From Glycera tridactyla (lineage: Eukaryota), in assembly GCA_965644265.1 (NCBI GenBank), contig OZ286462.1, forward strand, positions 89,652,001-89,716,000: a stretch of 64,000 nucleotides of DNA. Reading direction: 5' to 3'. The position numbers and the translations under genes were made by a program. A model generated the notes under the pieces. That model saw only the letters and a program-made list of their open reading frames with translations. It was not told where the DNA came from and did not search any database. This document shows, piece by piece, positions 62,889 to 64,000 of this stretch (its first letter is position 1; each line of letters starts with the position of its first letter).

Positions 62889-63080
62889 CAGTGAAACCTG
62901 CTATGAGAGACCGTCCTAAACGCCGGCAAAAAGTGGTCTCTCAAAAGAGGTGGTCTCTCATCAGAGGTATATTTGACTATGTCAAATAGAAAAGCTGCCC
63001 TGGAAAAGCGGTCTCCCGTCGGAGTTGGTCTCTTGTTGGAGGTGGTCTCTCGTCGGGGGTCTCTCATCGCAGTCTCACTG
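62889..63080. mobile_element. pogo/Tigger-type MITE, 192 bp
   Basis: TA-CAGTGAAACCTGC ... GCAGTCTCACTG-TA, with internal GGTGGTCTCTC repeats. Confidence 0.8.
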
Positions 63081-63319
63081 TACTAACAGTAGAGTGCTAG
63101 CACCATTGGCCGAATCAGATTAATGAGGGCAAGTTTTGTTTGTATGAAGACAAAATAGGGTAGGATCCATGCTCACCACATCATCCTTCATGGCAGAAAA
63201 AACTGTGTGCAGCAAATATATGTATGTGTACCCCTGACTTGTGGTAACTACATCAACCTGTCATTGAACTGATGAGATCCAGCATGACAAACCTTATTTC
63301 ATGTGATTTCCAATGTATA

Positions 63320-63496
63320 CATCGAAACCTGCAATGGGAGACCCCCTGACGAGAGACCACCTTCAACGGGAGTCTGCTTTTCCAGGGCAGCTATTCTTTT
63401 TGACATAATCAAATGTACCTCCAACAAGTGACCACCTCTTTGGAGAGACCCCTTTTTGGTGACATGTAGGTCGGTCTCTCATAGCAGGTTTCACTG
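63320..63496. mobile_element. pogo/Tigger-type MITE of the same family as 62889-63080, in inverted orientation
   Basis: TA-CATCGAAACCTGC ... GCAGGTTTCACTG-TA. The internal TTTTCCAGGGCAGCT..TTTGACATA is the reverse complement of the neighbouring copy. Confidence 0.78.
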
Positions 63497-64000
63497 TAAC
63501 CTGACGAGCATGGTTGTTTTTGGCATGACCCGTCATTCACTTGTGATGTGGATAAGTGAATTCTTGTGAAATTGGATAGTCGGGAGATATGAATTGAGTC
63601 GGAAAGACTGGTGCACGTGCAGCCGATGAATATGTGATGCTGGGCACACATTTAGGTCATTGATTGCGAGAGATTAATACGAGAATTATAGGAATGATAG
63701 AGTAGGATAGCAGAGGATGAGAAGTTGTTGCCCTCGGCAACGGTAGCCATCACTGACATCTCTCTCTCATTGCTAGCCTTTGCTGCTTCATCTGTTTCAT
63801 ACATCACCTGCTCTAGTCATCTGTGATATACTCAACCAGTTCTTTCTCAGGAAAGTGCCTCCAGCAGTCTCTACCAAAATGAGATTCTTTTTACATTGTC
63901 TCCCTCCCTCCCTTCCCTCCTCTCTACCTCCATCTGTTTTCCTCTGTATGTATGTGTATGTGCATGTTTGTGTATGTATATGTGTATATATATGCATGTC

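Overview
AT-rich animal genomic DNA, probably a marine invertebrate (inferred from the repeat content), with three N-gaps and no host gene I can name. Three apparently intact transposable elements dominate the window. (1) A DIRS1-like tyrosine-recombinase retrotransposon (~1-7146, +) has a gag region split by one in-frame UGA, an RT-RNaseH-MT ORF, an overlapping YR ORF, three repeated 3' hairpins and a 79-bp terminal inverted repeat. (2) A pogo/Tigger-type DNA transposon (13842-16793, -) encodes a two-exon 522-aa transposase, and many TA-flanked MITEs with related ends are scattered through the window. (3) A Neptune-like Penelope element (27601-~32956, -) is bounded by a 14-bp target-site duplication. 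Besides its RT/GIY-YIG ORF it carries a minimal hammerhead ribozyme at the predicted transcription start, a CCAAT-CCAAT-TATA-Inr promoter, an array of ~22 TGTCCGG motifs and a separate intact two-finger C2H2 zinc-finger ORF. This Penelope cassette is the best candidate for an undescribed system. The rest is MITEs (including a piggyBac-type one), SINE-like fragments, mini- and microsatellites and a few possible host exons.
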